A DNA stretch of 64,000 nucleotides, from the NCBI GenBank assembly GCA_021372475.1, contig JAJFUJ010000127.1:24654-88653 (forward strand), written 5' to 3'. Positions within the stretch are counted from its first letter, which is position 1, and the number at the start of each line of letters is the position of its first letter. Below are positions 47,402 through 57,392 of this stretch, piece by piece. The notes beneath the pieces are model-generated. The model had not been told where the DNA came from, searched no databases, and saw only the letters and a program-made list of their open reading frames with translations. Both the position numbers and the translations under genes were made by a program. This stretch comes from Chloroflexota bacterium (GTDB lineage: Bacteria; Chloroflexota; Anaerolineae; UBA1429).

Positions 47402-48599
47402 GCCGGATGCGCTCCATCAAACGGTTCACAAATGCGATATTATGTAATGTTGCGTAACGGTCGTACAGGCCGTCGCCGATTTTGAACAGGTGGTGCAGCC
47501 AGGCACGCGAATAGCTGCGGCAGCACGGGCACCTACAGCCTGCCTCCAGCGGACGATTGTCGCGCCGGTGGATATCGTCGCCGATGTACAGGTGGCTGTA
47601 CCACTGCATCTGGCGCGCCAGCGGGATACCCTCCTCAGCCTGCCAGATGAGCAGTCGGCCATGGCGCGCGTCGCGAGTGGGCATCGCGCTATCGAAGAGG
47701 GTATAACCCAGCTCGGCACACTCAAGGATATGGCGGGGATGGCCAATCCCGAGCGCGTGCAAGGGATACTCTGCCGGCACGAGCTCGCGCACATAAGCAA
47801 TGATATCGTGCAGCAGCTCGCCCTGGCTATCCAGTGGCCAACCGCCCAAGCCGTAACCGTCAAAGCCAATCGCCAGCAGCTCCTCGGCGCAGATACGGCG
47901 CAACTCATACTCCCCGCCCCCCTGGATGACGGCCAGCAGCAGTGGCCGCCCGCCGCTAGATTTCCGCGCGCTCATCAGCCGTTCGAACTCGCGCTTGCCG
48001 CGTTTTGCCCAGGCAATGGTGCGCTGCACAGCGGTGCGTTGTTCAACCAGCGGCGCATCGGCGTGGGTACACTCATCCAGGCAGATAACAGCATCAGCGC
48101 CGAAAGCCACCTGGTGCTCCACCACCTTTTCAGGCGTCAGGCGCAGCGGCCTGGCCCCCGCCTCGCCCTTGAACACTAATCCCTGGTCGGTAATGGAACC
48201 GAGGGACGGGTTCTGGTGGATGAGCGAATAAGCCTGAAATCCGCCTGAATCAGTAACGATGGGGCGCTGCCAGGCGAACATGGCGTGCAGCCCACCGGCT
48301 GCTTTGAGCGTCCCTGGGCCTGGGCGCTGCAGCAGATGGAAGAGGCTCATCACCAGCGCCGGTACGCCCAGCTCCTGCAGGGCGACGCCGTCGACAGCGC
48401 GCACGACGCCACGCGTGGCATCCGGCAGAAAAGCCGGCAGACTTAGATTGCCATGCGGCGTGCGGAGCTCGTTTATGCCAGCCATACTACTTCCGTCGAT
48501 GAAATGTATGTCATTATAAGGTAGAGTAACGCCTTGCTCAACCTGAATGTGCCGACCATACTGCGCCTCCAACATACTATATGTGATTACCTTTTCCAT
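47382..48599 (-). CDS. tgt: tRNA-guanine transglycosylase family protein (Tgt-like; queuine tRNA-ribosyltransferase or a divergent paralog).
   Basis: TDSGGFQAYSL catalytic motif; PLHALGIGHPRHILECAELGYTLFDSAMPTRDARHGRL (second catalytic Asp in FDSA); zinc site CRCPCC...H. Its 3' end overlaps the Rmt-like gene by 20 nt. Confidence 0.7.
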   Translation of the reverse strand: MEKVITYSMLEAQYGRHIQVEQGVTLPYNDIHFIDGSSMAGINELRTPHGNLSLPAFLPDATRGVVRAVDGVALQELGVPALVMSLFHLLQRPGPGTLKAAGGLHAMFAWQRPIVTDSGGFQAYSLIHQNPSLGSITDQGLVFKGEAGARPLRLTPEKVVEHQVAFGADAVICLDECTHADAPLVEQRTAVQRTIAWAKRGKREFERLMSARKSSGGRPLLLAVIQGGGEYELRRICAEELLAIGFDGYGLGGWPLDSQGELLHDIIAYVRELVPAEYPLHALGIGHPRHILECAELGYTLFDSAMPTRDARHGRLLIWQAEEGIPLARQMQWYSHLYIGDDIHRRDNRPLEAGCRCPCCRSYSRAWLHHLFKIGDGLYDRYATLHNIAFVNRLMERIRHEQPTG

Positions 48600-48621
48600 A
48601 TCCAGCCCCTTGAAGAGTCAG

Positions 48622-48633
48622 TACTATATAGTA
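48622..48633. promoter_or_regulatory. Perfect 12-bp palindrome TACTATATAGTA in the tgt/marR divergent intergenic region; candidate MarR-type operator.
   Basis: Read directly; centred about 30 bp upstream of the MarR ATG (48657). Confidence 0.3.
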
Positions 48634-48656
48634 TCATTGGCATCAAGTAGGATACG

Positions 48657-49105
48657 ATGCAACGCAAGACGCAGGGTAGCTACCTCATAGCGCAGATCGA
48701 ACAGATTCAGGGGCGGGTCTTTAACCGACTGCTGGAGGAGTACGGCATCGGGGCATTTAACGGCGCTCAGGGGCGCATCCTGTATGTGCTTTGGCAGCAA
48801 GATAACCTGCCGATTAAAGAGATCGCACGCCCCACCAGCCTGGCCAAGACGACACTCACCAGCATGCTCGAACGCATGGAACAGAGCGGCAACATCCGCC
48901 GCAGCGCCAAGTGACTGTCAACCTCAGTGAGCAGGCGCAAGCCTTGCGCACTGATTATGATGCTGTGTCGCTCCGGATGAGCGAGTTATTCTACGAGGGC
49001 TTTACGGACAAAGAAATCAATGTACTGGAAGCGATGCTAATCCGTATCCTGGCCAATCTACGAAACACAGAACAGGCAAATAAACCAGAAAAACCAAAGG
49101 AGTAA
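48657..49105 (+). pseudogene. MarR-family transcriptional regulator interrupted by a -1 frameshift at about 48911-48914 (two ORFs of 85 and 64 aa that together make a normal 149-aa MarR), or a sequencing error.
   Basis: The N-terminal ORF carries the winged-HTH (...LPIKEIARPTSLAKTTLTSMLERMEQSGNIRRSAK*). The C-terminal ORF (TVNLSEQAQAL...EAMLIRILANL) continues the MarR wing/dimerisation helix in the adjacent frame. TGA at 48912-14; the next frame begins at GTG 48911. Confidence 0.5.
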
Positions 49106-49106
49106 C

Positions 49107-49691
49107 ATGACGAAAGTCGCGATGCCGATCTCGAACCATTTTTGCCCGCAGACTCTCTTTCTATATGGTACCTATCGTGAGGATGGCACGCCCAATTTCG
49201 GGCTGTTCTGCTGGATTAGTTACTTCTGGGAAGATGAGCTGGGGGTGATGGCCTGTCTTGGCGGTCAGAAACTAACCAAAGACCGCATCCGCCAGACAGG
49301 AGAGTTCTCGGCCAACCTGGTGATAGAAGCGTTGCTTCCCCTGGCGGATGCTTGCGGCAATATCCCGGGCACAGATCCCGCCAAGCGCGCCATTCAACCA
49401 GATACCATACCTGGCCAGGTTCTTCATGTCCCTATTCTAAACGAAAGCCCCTGGAGCTTTGAACTACAAGTAATACGTGAAATACCTCTGCAGGGCAGCG
49501 ATATCTTTCTCTGCAAGATCCGCAACATCCTGGCGGATGAACGGCTCGCGGATGAGACCAAAACGATTCAGGAACGTCTGCAATCGATTGCTCCCATCTC
49601 AACCACATGCCAAACCTATTTTTCTTTCACGGGAAAGTCGCTCGGGATGTGGGGAGAGCCACAACAGGCTTATCGCAAGCAGGCTGGGTGA
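49107..49691 (+). CDS. Flavin reductase-like (FMN-binding split-barrel) family protein.
   Basis: ...LFLYGTYREDGTPNFGLFCW... resembles the flavin reductase/flavoredoxin domain N-terminal pattern. 194 aa. Confidence 0.6.
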   Translation: MTKVAMPISNHFCPQTLFLYGTYREDGTPNFGLFCWISYFWEDELGVMACLGGQKLTKDRIRQTGEFSANLVIEALLPLADACGNIPGTDPAKRAIQPDTIPGQVLHVPILNESPWSFELQVIREIPLQGSDIFLCKIRNILADERLADETKTIQERLQSIAPISTTCQTYFSFTGKSLGMWGEPQQAYRKQAG

Positions 49692-49813
49692 TATGGCGAT
49701 AATAGAGCAAGTTCACGCCTGGCATGCTAATCAGCGTGGAAAGCGTCACGAGTAAACGCCGGCTGTGGCTAGTAGATAATATCCCCTACCTGGCTGGGTG
49801 CAGGACGTTTACT

Positions 49814-49841
49814 TGCGCATTACTGCAAGGGGTGGTATAAT
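49814..49841 (+). promoter_or_regulatory. Promoter candidate upstream of nusA: -35 TTGCGC, 16-nt spacer, -10 TATAAT.
   Basis: TTGCGC at 49814-19 and TATAAT at 49836-41. Confidence 0.4.
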
Positions 49842-49858
49842 AATGGCTGGTCTATCAG

Positions 49859-49906
49859 CAAAAGTGGGCGTCCTCCCACTTTTGTTATTATGGCTGTCTT
49901 TTTTAC
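49859..49906 (+). terminator. Leader hairpin plus U-tract (intrinsic terminator/attenuator candidate) between the nusA promoter and the nusA RBS.
   Basis: 10-bp stem CAAAAGTGGG/CCCACTTTTG with loop CGTCCT (49859-49884), then TTATTATGGCTGTCTTTTTT. nusA RBS GGGAGG and ATG at 49929. Confidence 0.4.
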
Positions 49907-49928
49907 AATGCGGGAGGTTTGTTTCTAG

Positions 49929-51491
49929 ATGAAGAGCGAGTTTGAGATCGCCATCACTCAACTCAGTTCGGACCGCAACCTGGCGCCCAACATCATCATC
50001 GATGCTATCGAAAAAGCGCTGGCTTCGGCCTACAAGCGCAACTTTAACAGCATGCAGAATGTGGTGGCCAAGCTCGATCCGCATACCGGCCAGGCGACTA
50101 TCTATGTCCAAAAGCTGGTGGTCGAAGAGGTAGAGGACGAGGAGACGCAGCTTGCGCTGGCCGAAGCGCGCAAAACGAAGGCTACCGCGCAGATAGGCGA
50201 CGTGCTCGAGTTTGAGATGACGCCCAAGAATTTCGGGCGGATTGCCGCGCAGACAGCCAAACAAGTCATTATGAGCAAGATCCGCGATGCCGAGCGTGAT
50301 TCTGTTTATCTGGAATATCAGGACCGCGCCGGCGAAATCATCAACGGCATTGTGCGCAATATCGATGCGCGTACACACGCCATCACCATCAGCCTAGGCA
50401 AGGCGGAGGCTATCCTAGACCCGGCCGAACAGATCCCCGGTGAGCACTACCGCTTTAACCAGCGCCTGCGCGTTTACCTGATGGAAGTCGAGCGTGGGAC
50501 GGGGCATAGCCCGCAGATTACCGTATCGCGCACCCACAAAGGCTTGCTGCGTCGGTTGTTGGAAATGGAAGTGCCTGAGATTTATAACGGCGTCGTCGAG
50601 ATCAAGTCAGTTGCCCGCGAGCCTGGCTCACGCTCCAAGGTGGCCGTGGCCGCGATACAGCCGAACATCGATCCCGTCGGCTCGTGCGTGGGGCCGCGCG
50701 GTGTGCGCATCCAGAACATTGTCAATGAGCTCAACGGTGAAAAGATCGATGTGGTAGCCTGGTCATCCGATATGTCTGTGTATATCTCCAATTCGCTCAG
50801 CCCGGCCAAAGTTACGGCCGTGTATATGAACGAGGCCGAGAAGACCGCCAAAGTCGTCGTGCCGGATAAGTCGTTATCGTTGGCCATCGGCAAAGAGGGG
50901 CAGAATGCTCGCCTGGCAGCCAAACTGACGGGCTGGCGCATCGACATCCGCAGTGAAACCGAGGCGGCTGACGACCAGGAACGTCTGGCGGCGGAAGCAG
51001 CCGCGGCGGCAGCCCAGGCTCAGGAGCAGCAGGCAGCACGTGAAGCCGCTGCCCGTCTACTGGCTGAAGCAACTGCTTCGTTGGATGAAGAGGAAGGTCT
51101 GAAAGAGCCGCAAGAGGAACTGGCGGAGCCAACCACGGCCGTGGAAGATGAATCCCTCAGCCAGGAGCCGCTCGTAGAATGGCCTGAACCCGAACCAGAA
51201 GCGGCAGTCGAGGAGATTACCGAGCCAATAGACGAGGAGACTACTATACTGGCAGCCGTTGAACCCGAGCCAGTCCCCGAGGCGCCCACTTCGAAAACCC
51301 TTGAAGAAGAGGTAATTGAAGAGCCGTCTGAGGATGAAGAAGGTGAGCACAAGGAAAATAAGCCGGCTCGCAAGGACAAAAGCAAGCAGCGTATCCTGGT
51401 CTATGACGAACGGCTTGGCCGTGTCGTTTCGAAAAAGCGGCGCAAGCCCGGGCGCTCCGGCGGGTGGAGTTACGATGAGGATGAGGAGTAG
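49929..51491 (+). CDS. nusA: Transcription termination/antitermination factor NusA with a long acidic (E/A-rich) C-terminal extension.
   Basis: NusA N-terminal domain (…[14 protein letters not shown]…), S1 and two KH domains (…[22 protein letters not shown]…; …[21 protein letters not shown]…). About 170 extra residues rich in E, A and P. Confidence 0.93.
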   Translation: MKSEFEIAITQLSSDRNLAPNIIIDAIEKALASAYKRNFNSMQNVVAKLDPHTGQATIYVQKLVVEEVEDEETQLALAEARKTKATAQIGDVLEFEMTPKNFGRIAAQTAKQVIMSKIRDAERDSVYLEYQDRAGEIINGIVRNIDARTHAITISLGKAEAILDPAEQIPGEHYRFNQRLRVYLMEVERGTGHSPQITVSRTHKGLLRRLLEMEVPEIYNGVVEIKSVAREPGSRSKVAVAAIQPNIDPVGSCVGPRGVRIQNIVNELNGEKIDVVAWSSDMSVYISNSLSPAKVTAVYMNEAEKTAKVVVPDKSLSLAIGKEGQNARLAAKLTGWRIDIRSETEAADDQERLAAEAAAAAAQAQEQQAAREAAARLLAEATASLDEEEGLKEPQEELAEPTTAVEDESLSQEPLVEWPEPEPEAAVEEITEPIDEETTILAAVEPEPVPEAPTSKTLEEEVIEEPSEDEEGEHKENKPARKDKSKQRILVYDERLGRVVSKKRRKPGRSGGWSYDEDEE

Positions 51492-51500
51492 TTCCAGGCG

Positions 51501-51794
51501 GTGACACCGGGTAAGCAACCACGGCAGCGCAAGCAGCCGCAGCGCACTTGCATCGGATGCCGCCAGGTCAAGCCCAAGCGGGAACTGGTGCGCATCGTTC
51601 GCACGCCTGCCGGCGAGGTGTTACTGGATCCTACCGGCAAGGCGGCCGGACGAGGGGCTTATGTCTGTAAGCGCAAGGCATGTTTGTTGACGGCGCTGGA
51701 GCACAACCGCCTTGAACATGCGCTAGAGATCAGCCTGACGCCTGAGCAGCGCACGCTGTTAGCGAGTGCGGCTGAGGCAATGGGTGATGAATAA
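51501..51794 (+). CDS. ylxR: YlxR/RnpM-family (DUF448) RNA-binding protein.
   Basis: RTCIGCRQVKPKRELVRIV...GRGAYVC conserved YlxR motifs; sits between nusA and infB. GTG start. Confidence 0.7.
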   Translation: MTPGKQPRQRKQPQRTCIGCRQVKPKRELVRIVRTPAGEVLLDPTGKAAGRGAYVCKRKACLLTALEHNRLEHALEISLTPEQRTLLASAAEAMGDE

Positions 51795-52057
51795 TCGTGC
51801 TCAAATGGTAAGGATAGAGGTGAAACGCACAGATCTAGGCCTAGGAAGCGGCGCAGATACGGCGTCGTCCGTCCGGGCCTGCGATGCGACGAAGGGGCAG
51901 AGTATGACGCTTTGCTAATTTAGCATGCAACCATCCTCCTGCTAATCCCCTCCGGTCAGCCTGACCCCACAACAGCGGTCAGGTGCGCAGCAGGCTGCTG
52001 ACTCACTTAATCTGCCGTCAGCGCACCTCGATACGTTCAATGAAAGGGGTGAACCCC

Positions 52058-54028
52058 ATGCCAACAAAGAGCAACTCGTACCGCCCGGGAACAGGAAACC
52101 GCTCAAATAGTAGCCGTCCCGGCAATCATAGAAATTCCGGTCAGAGACAAAACCACGGACCTGCACCCCAAAGCAGGTCAAGCGCGCAGCTCAACCGCCC
52201 GAGTGCACCGCAGGCTGCTGCAGCCAAGGCTGCTGAACCATCCGTCAAATCGCTCGTGCTGCCGCCCAGGATAACCGTGCGTGATTTGGCCGAAAAGATG
52301 GGCTGCAGTCCAATCGAGCTGATCAAACAACTGATGAATGCCGGCGTCATGGCCAATATCAACCAGGAAATCGATTATGATACGGCAGCCATTGTATCCA
52401 CCGACATGGGCTTTGAAATCACAGAGTACAAGGAACCCGAGCTGGTAGTCGAGGTTCAGGAAGAACAGCCGACCGCAGCGCCCAATCGCAGGACGGTCTA
52501 TAGCGAAGAAGAACAGAAATACCTGCGCGAGCGTCCGCCGGTCGTCACTATCCTGGGGCATGTCGACCATGGCAAGACCTCGCTTTTGGATGCTATCCGC
52601 GACAGTAACCAGGCTGCTCACGAGGCCGGCTTTATCACTCAGCACATCGGCGCATACCAGGTAACGGCGCAGGATAAGCTCATCACCTTCCTGGACACGC
52701 CGGGACATGAGGCGTTCACCGCAATGCGCGCCCGCGGCGCCAACCTCACGGATATCGCCGTGTTGGTAGTGGCAGCCGATGACGGCGTGCAGCCGCAAAC
52801 CAAGGAGGCCATCAACCACGCCCGCTCAGCTCAGGTGCCCATCATAATCGCACTCAACAAAATAGACTTGCCGACTGCCAATCAGGAGCGCGTAAAACAG
52901 CAGTTGGCCGATGTGGGATTGGTAGTCGAAGACTATGGCGGCGATACCATCTGCGTGCCTGTCTCAGCCAAAGCTAAAAAGGGAATCGACGACCTACTGG
53001 GGATGATCCTGTTGGTGGCTGAAATGGCCAACTACAAGGCCAACCCGCGCCGCAACCCGACGGGGGTGGTCATCGAAGGGCGCCAGGACAGCCAGCGCGG
53101 CCCCACCGCTACCCTGCTGGTGCAGGAAGGCACACTTAAAATCGGCGACGCTCTGTTAGTGGGCACATGCGCCGGTAAAATTCGTGCAATGTTCGATTAT
53201 CAGAACAAGCCGATCAAGCGCGCGACGCCCTCTGCTCCGGTGGTGGTCATCGGCTTGAACGGCGTGCCGCAAGCCGGCGACCACTTTGAGGTTGTCGAAA
53301 ACGAGCGCATTGCCCGCGAACGGGCAGCCTCCCTGCTGCAGGCCTCGCGCGAGAGCGCCGCTGCGCCGGCGCAGGCGATCAGCCTGGATGAGATATTCGC
53401 TCAGGCGCAAGCCGGCCAGATTCAGACGCTCAACCTGATCCTCAAGGCTGACGTACAAGGCAGCCTCGAGCCAATCCGCGGTTCGCTTGAGAAACTCGAA
53501 GTCGGCGAGCTAAAGGTGCGTATCGTGCATGAAGGAGTCGGCGCTATCAGCGAGTCAGATGTGTCGCTGGCAACGGCCGACCACGCCATCATCATCGGCT
53601 TCAATGTCAATATTGACCCGGCGGCCGCGCGCCAGGCCGAGCAGAATAAAATCGATATACGCACCTATAATATCATCTATCGGGTGATTGAGGATGTGCA
53701 AAGCGCCCTCACGGGCATGCTCGCGCCGACCTTCCACGAGGTGTCACAAGGTAAGGCTGTGGTGCGTCAAGTATTCAGTATCACTAAAGCCGGCAAGATC
53801 GCCGGCAGCCAGGTTCAGGAAGGCAAAGCGCTACGCAACGCCCAGGTGCGGGTGCTCCGCGGTGACAAGGTGCTGTTCGAGGGCAAAGTGTCTTCGCTCA
53901 AGCGCTTTACCGAAGATGTGCGCGAGGTGAACACCGGCATGGAGTGCGGTATCGGCATCGAAGGCTTTGACGATCTGATGCCGAACGATATTATCGAATT
54001 CTATACGATGGAGCAGGATAAACGGTAA
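52058..54028 (+). CDS. infB: Translation initiation factor IF-2.
   Basis: G-domain [30 protein letters not shown]-terminal beta-barrels. ATG at 52058 preceded by AAAGGGGTGA; the ORF track begins at 51983. Confidence 0.93.
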   Translation: MPTKSNSYRPGTGNRSNSSRPGNHRNSGQRQNHGPAPQSRSSAQLNRPSAPQAAAAKAAEPSVKSLVLPPRITVRDLAEKMGCSPIELIKQLMNAGVMANINQEIDYDTAAIVSTDMGFEITEYKEPELVVEVQEEQPTAAPNRRTVYSEEEQKYLRERPPVVTILGHVDHGKTSLLDAIRDSNQAAHEAGFITQHIGAYQVTAQDKLITFLDTPGHEAFTAMRARGANLTDIAVLVVAADDGVQPQTKEAINHARSAQVPIIIALNKIDLPTANQERVKQQLADVGLVVEDYGGDTICVPVSAKAKKGIDDLLGMILLVAEMANYKANPRRNPTGVVIEGRQDSQRGPTATLLVQEGTLKIGDALLVGTCAGKIRAMFDYQNKPIKRATPSAPVVVIGLNGVPQAGDHFEVVENERIARERAASLLQASRESAAAPAQAISLDEIFAQAQAGQIQTLNLILKADVQGSLEPIRGSLEKLEVGELKVRIVHEGVGAISESDVSLATADHAIIIGFNVNIDPAAARQAEQNKIDIRTYNIIYRVIEDVQSALTGMLAPTFHEVSQGKAVVRQVFSITKAGKIAGSQVQEGKALRNAQVRVLRGDKVLFEGKVSSLKRFTEDVREVNTGMECGIGIEGFDDLMPNDIIEFYTMEQDKR

Positions 54029-54095
54029 TCCGCGCTCCGGCAGATAGGTCGGATGATAGTCAGGATTCCCGAGAGTTGAGACTGAGGGTAAATGT

Positions 54096-54557
54096 ATGCC
54101 AGGTTTCAGAGTCCAAAAGGCTGCTAGTTTTATCCGCGATGAGCTGATTTTACTCCTGCGGGATAAAGTCAAGGACCCGCGCGTCAAGAACCTCACCGTG
54201 ACCGAGGTCAGCCTGACGCCCGACCGGCGTATCGCGCGGGTATATGTCGCCAACTATGGCACCGAAGACGAACTCAAAGAGGGATTGGAAGGCCTGAAGA
54301 GCGCCCAGGGGCTACTGCGGCGGGAGATTGCCGCGCTTTTGCACTGGAACTTTGCTCCTTCCCTCGAGTTCCGAGTCGACAGCTCCTGGCACTATGGCCA
54401 GCGTATCGACGCGTTGATCGACCAGATTAGCAGCGAAGCCGGTGCCGCTATAAATGAAGGTGACGAAGACAGTACCGTTGAAAATGAGGTTGACGACGAA
54501 GACAGCGCCGCACAAGATGCGAGTGACGACAAGGAGCCTGGCGATGGCGACAAGTGA
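54096..54557 (+). CDS. rbfA: Ribosome-binding factor A, with an acidic C-terminal tail.
   Basis: KH-like RbfA core (…RVKNLTVTEVSLTPDRRIARVYV…) and a D/E-rich tail. Confidence 0.85.
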   Translation: MPGFRVQKAASFIRDELILLLRDKVKDPRVKNLTVTEVSLTPDRRIARVYVANYGTEDELKEGLEGLKSAQGLLRREIAALLHWNFAPSLEFRVDSSWHYGQRIDALIDQISSEAGAAINEGDEDSTVENEVDDEDSAAQDASDDKEPGDGDK

Positions 54558-55530
54558 CCGCGACCGGCTCAGCGACCGCCTTTTCGCCGCCAAAAGCGCT
54601 CTGGTTATCGCGCACATTATGCCAGATGCCGATACCCTGGGCGCCGCCCTGGGGCTTGGGCTAAGCCTGCGTTCGCTTGGGATGACCGTCCACCTGGCCT
54701 GCGCAGACCCAGTGCCTACAGAGTTGCGCTTTTTACCTTCCGCCCAGGAAGTCCAACCCAGGTTGTATGCTGGCGAGGAAATCATCGTGACGGTAGATAT
54801 CAGCGACCAACAGCGTATCGGCATGTTGTATGATGAAAAGATATTCTCCACTGTCCCGGTGCTGGTCATCGACCACCATATCACCAACACTCGCTTTGGC
54901 GCCCTTAACTGGGTTGCGGAAGTGCCGGCGACCAGCGAGATGATCCTGGAGCTGTTGCAGGCACATAACGTAACCATCAGCCTGGACGCGGCCACCTGCC
55001 TGCTGGCGGGCATTATCGGCGACACCCAGTGTTTCCTGACGAGCAACACCTCGCCAAGTTCACTCATTGCGGCCGCTCAACTGCAAGAGTTGGGCGCACC
55101 CTTGCGGGAAATTGCCACAACCGTGTTGAACCGGCGCCCCACTTCAGCCCTGGCGGTCTGGCGCGAGGCGTTTATCAACGCCTGCCAGGAGCCGGGCATC
55201 ATCCTCACTACCCTGGGGAGTGCGTTTTTACGCAGCGTCAGCGCGGATGATTCCAGCACCAACGGCCTCTCCTCGTGGCTGGCAGGTTTAGACGGCGTCC
55301 TTATCTCAGCCGTCCTGCGCGAAGCGGATGATGGCAGTGTGGACGTCAGCATGCGCTCGGCGCCTGAAATCAATATCGCCGTCGTCGCCCAGAACCTCGG
55401 CGGAGGCGGTCATCCTCAGGCAGCGGGCTGTGTACTCGCGGGGCCTTTGTCGTCAGCCAGCGAACGTCTGCTGGCAGAGCTGCGCCCCCTGACGGCGCGA
55501 CCTGCGCCGGTTGAGGAGCTTGTTCACTGA
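54544..55530 (+). CDS. nrnA: DHH-family phosphoesterase NrnA-like (bifunctional oligoribonuclease/pAp phosphatase).
   Basis: DHH motif (…IAHIMPDADTLGAALGL…), …VIDHHITN…, a DHHA1 C-terminal domain with GGGH (NLGGGGHPQAAG). ATG at 54544 overlaps the rbfA end. Confidence 0.8.
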   Translation: MATSDRDRLSDRLFAAKSALVIAHIMPDADTLGAALGLGLSLRSLGMTVHLACADPVPTELRFLPSAQEVQPRLYAGEEIIVTVDISDQQRIGMLYDEKIFSTVPVLVIDHHITNTRFGALNWVAEVPATSEMILELLQAHNVTISLDAATCLLAGIIGDTQCFLTSNTSPSSLIAAAQLQELGAPLREIATTVLNRRPTSALAVWREAFINACQEPGIILTTLGSAFLRSVSADDSSTNGLSSWLAGLDGVLISAVLREADDGSVDVSMRSAPEINIAVVAQNLGGGGHPQAAGCVLAGPLSSASERLLAELRPLTARPAPVEELVH

Positions 55531-55531
55531 G

Positions 55532-56413
55532 ATGCCTTCAGGTTTATTGAACGTGAACAAGCCACGTCTGCTGAGCTCGCACGATGTCGTCAACCGCGTG
55601 CGCCGCTTGACTGGCATCGACCATATCGGCCATGCCGGCACCCTCGACCCGCTGGCCAGCGGCGTGCTGGTAATCTGTGTGGAGCAGGCCACCAGAATTG
55701 CCGAATATGTCGCCAATGGACGCAAAACTTACCTGGCGACATTGCGCATCGGCGAGGAAACCAACTCGTATGACGCGGAAAGCGAGGTAATCGCCTCGCG
55801 CCCATGGGATGCTGTGCGCCGCGAAGACCTGGAGAGCGCACTGGGCACGCTGCGCGGTGAAATCGACCAGATACCGCCCATGTATTCGGCCGTCAAGCAC
55901 CACGGCAAGTCGCTCTACAAGCTGGCGCGACGCGGCATCACCATTGAACGCGAGGCGCGCCGGGTGAGCATCTACTCCTGCGAGATAACCCATTGGGGAC
56001 CGCCCCTTGTTGACTTGCGCGTCGTTTGCTCGGGCGGCACCTATATCCGTACGCTGGCGCATGATATCGGCGCAGCCCTGGGCACGGGGGCATATCTGGC
56101 CGGATTGGTGCGCGAGCGTTCGGGCAGCTTTGCGCTGGAAGATGCCGTATCCCTCGAACAACTCCAGGAAGCGGGATCCGAAGGCTGGCAGCGTTACCTG
56201 CTGCCGATGCAGGCAGGATTGGGGCATCTGCCGGGCATCAGCGTCGATAGCGTCCAGGAAGCCAGAATCTGTCAGGGGCAAATGGTGGACCTGCCAGAAC
56301 TGGCGTCCGCCGACCTAGCCTATGCCGTCAACGGCGGTGGCCAGCTCTTTGCCATCCTGCGCCGCCGTGAAGTAACCGGGCTCTGGCGGCCCGATAAGGT
56401 ACTGCATGTCTGA
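55532..56413 (+). CDS. truB: tRNA pseudouridine(55) synthase TruB.
   Basis: GLLNVNKP...HAGTLDPLASGVLVICV catalytic Asp motif; a PUA-like C-terminus. Confidence 0.9.
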   Translation: MPSGLLNVNKPRLLSSHDVVNRVRRLTGIDHIGHAGTLDPLASGVLVICVEQATRIAEYVANGRKTYLATLRIGEETNSYDAESEVIASRPWDAVRREDLESALGTLRGEIDQIPPMYSAVKHHGKSLYKLARRGITIEREARRVSIYSCEITHWGPPLVDLRVVCSGGTYIRTLAHDIGAALGTGAYLAGLVRERSGSFALEDAVSLEQLQEAGSEGWQRYLLPMQAGLGHLPGISVDSVQEARICQGQMVDLPELASADLAYAVNGGGQLFAILRRREVTGLWRPDKVLHV

Positions 56414-57392
56414 ACAAATCGCGCATCCAAGCGGAATGATAGCAAACGGCCTGGAGCTGAGCATCGTAGAGCCTGCCGCCGATACGGTGGTAACTATCGG
56501 CACTTTCGACGGCGTGCATCTGGGGCACCAGCACCTCATCAGGCAGGTCATCGCGCGCGCCCGCGAAATCGGCTGCCTGGCGGCCGCCTTAACCTTCATA
56601 CCCCATCCACGCACCGTGCTGCATCCCGAATTGCCCCTGGCATATCTCTCCACCTCGCCTGAACGCGTCCAGCGGCTAAAAGAACAGGGTTTTGACCTGG
56701 TGGTGGCAACAATGTTCACTCCAGAGTTGGCAGCTACTTCCGCCGAGGAGTTTATGACCGCACTGGTGCGCCAGGTAAGAATGCGTGAGCTGTGGGTCGG
56801 GCATGATTTCAGGCTCGGGCGTGGGCGCGAAGGCGATTTCAAAAGCCTGCGTTCGCTCGGGTGCAAGCTCGGCTATACGGTGCATCTGGTAGAGCCGCTG
56901 CTTTATGACGGGCATCCTATCAACTCGACGCGCATCCGCAAGCTTATCGCCGCCGGTGAGATGGAGCAAGCCGCGGAGTTGCTCGGACGGCGCTACAGCC
57001 TCTCAGGGCAGGTCATCGCCGGCCGGCACGTGGGGCGCTCCCTCGGTATCCGCACGGCCAATATTGCCTGCGATCCGGAGCGGGTCATCCCGGCTAACGG
57101 CGTCTACGCTGCCTGGGCAGAGGTCGCCGGCAGCCGTTATATGGCCGCCGTGAACATCGGCATCCGCCCGAGTTTCGGCCTCACCGAGCGGCTGCTCGAA
57201 GTGCATCTGTTGGATTTCGAGAATAATCTATATAATACCGAACTGAGCATCGAATTTGTGCATTATCTGCGGCCAGAGCTGCGCTTTGCTGAGGTTTCCG
57301 CGCTGGTCGCCCAGATACAGCACGATATCGCCGAAACACGCACTATCCTGCGTGCGGATACCTACCATGAGGTGGATGACAACCATGGCTAA
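56406..57392 (+). CDS. ribF: Bifunctional riboflavin kinase/FMN adenylyltransferase RibF.
   Basis: N-terminal FAD synthetase (TIGTFDGVHLGHQHLI) and C-terminal riboflavin kinase (GRHVGRSLGIRTANI... PANGVYA...). Confidence 0.9.
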   Translation: MSEQIAHPSGMIANGLELSIVEPAADTVVTIGTFDGVHLGHQHLIRQVIARAREIGCLAAALTFIPHPRTVLHPELPLAYLSTSPERVQRLKEQGFDLVVATMFTPELAATSAEEFMTALVRQVRMRELWVGHDFRLGRGREGDFKSLRSLGCKLGYTVHLVEPLLYDGHPINSTRIRKLIAAGEMEQAAELLGRRYSLSGQVIAGRHVGRSLGIRTANIACDPERVIPANGVYAAWAEVAGSRYMAAVNIGIRPSFGLTERLLEVHLLDFENNLYNTELSIEFVHYLRPELRFAEVSALVAQIQHDIAETRTILRADTYHEVDDNHG

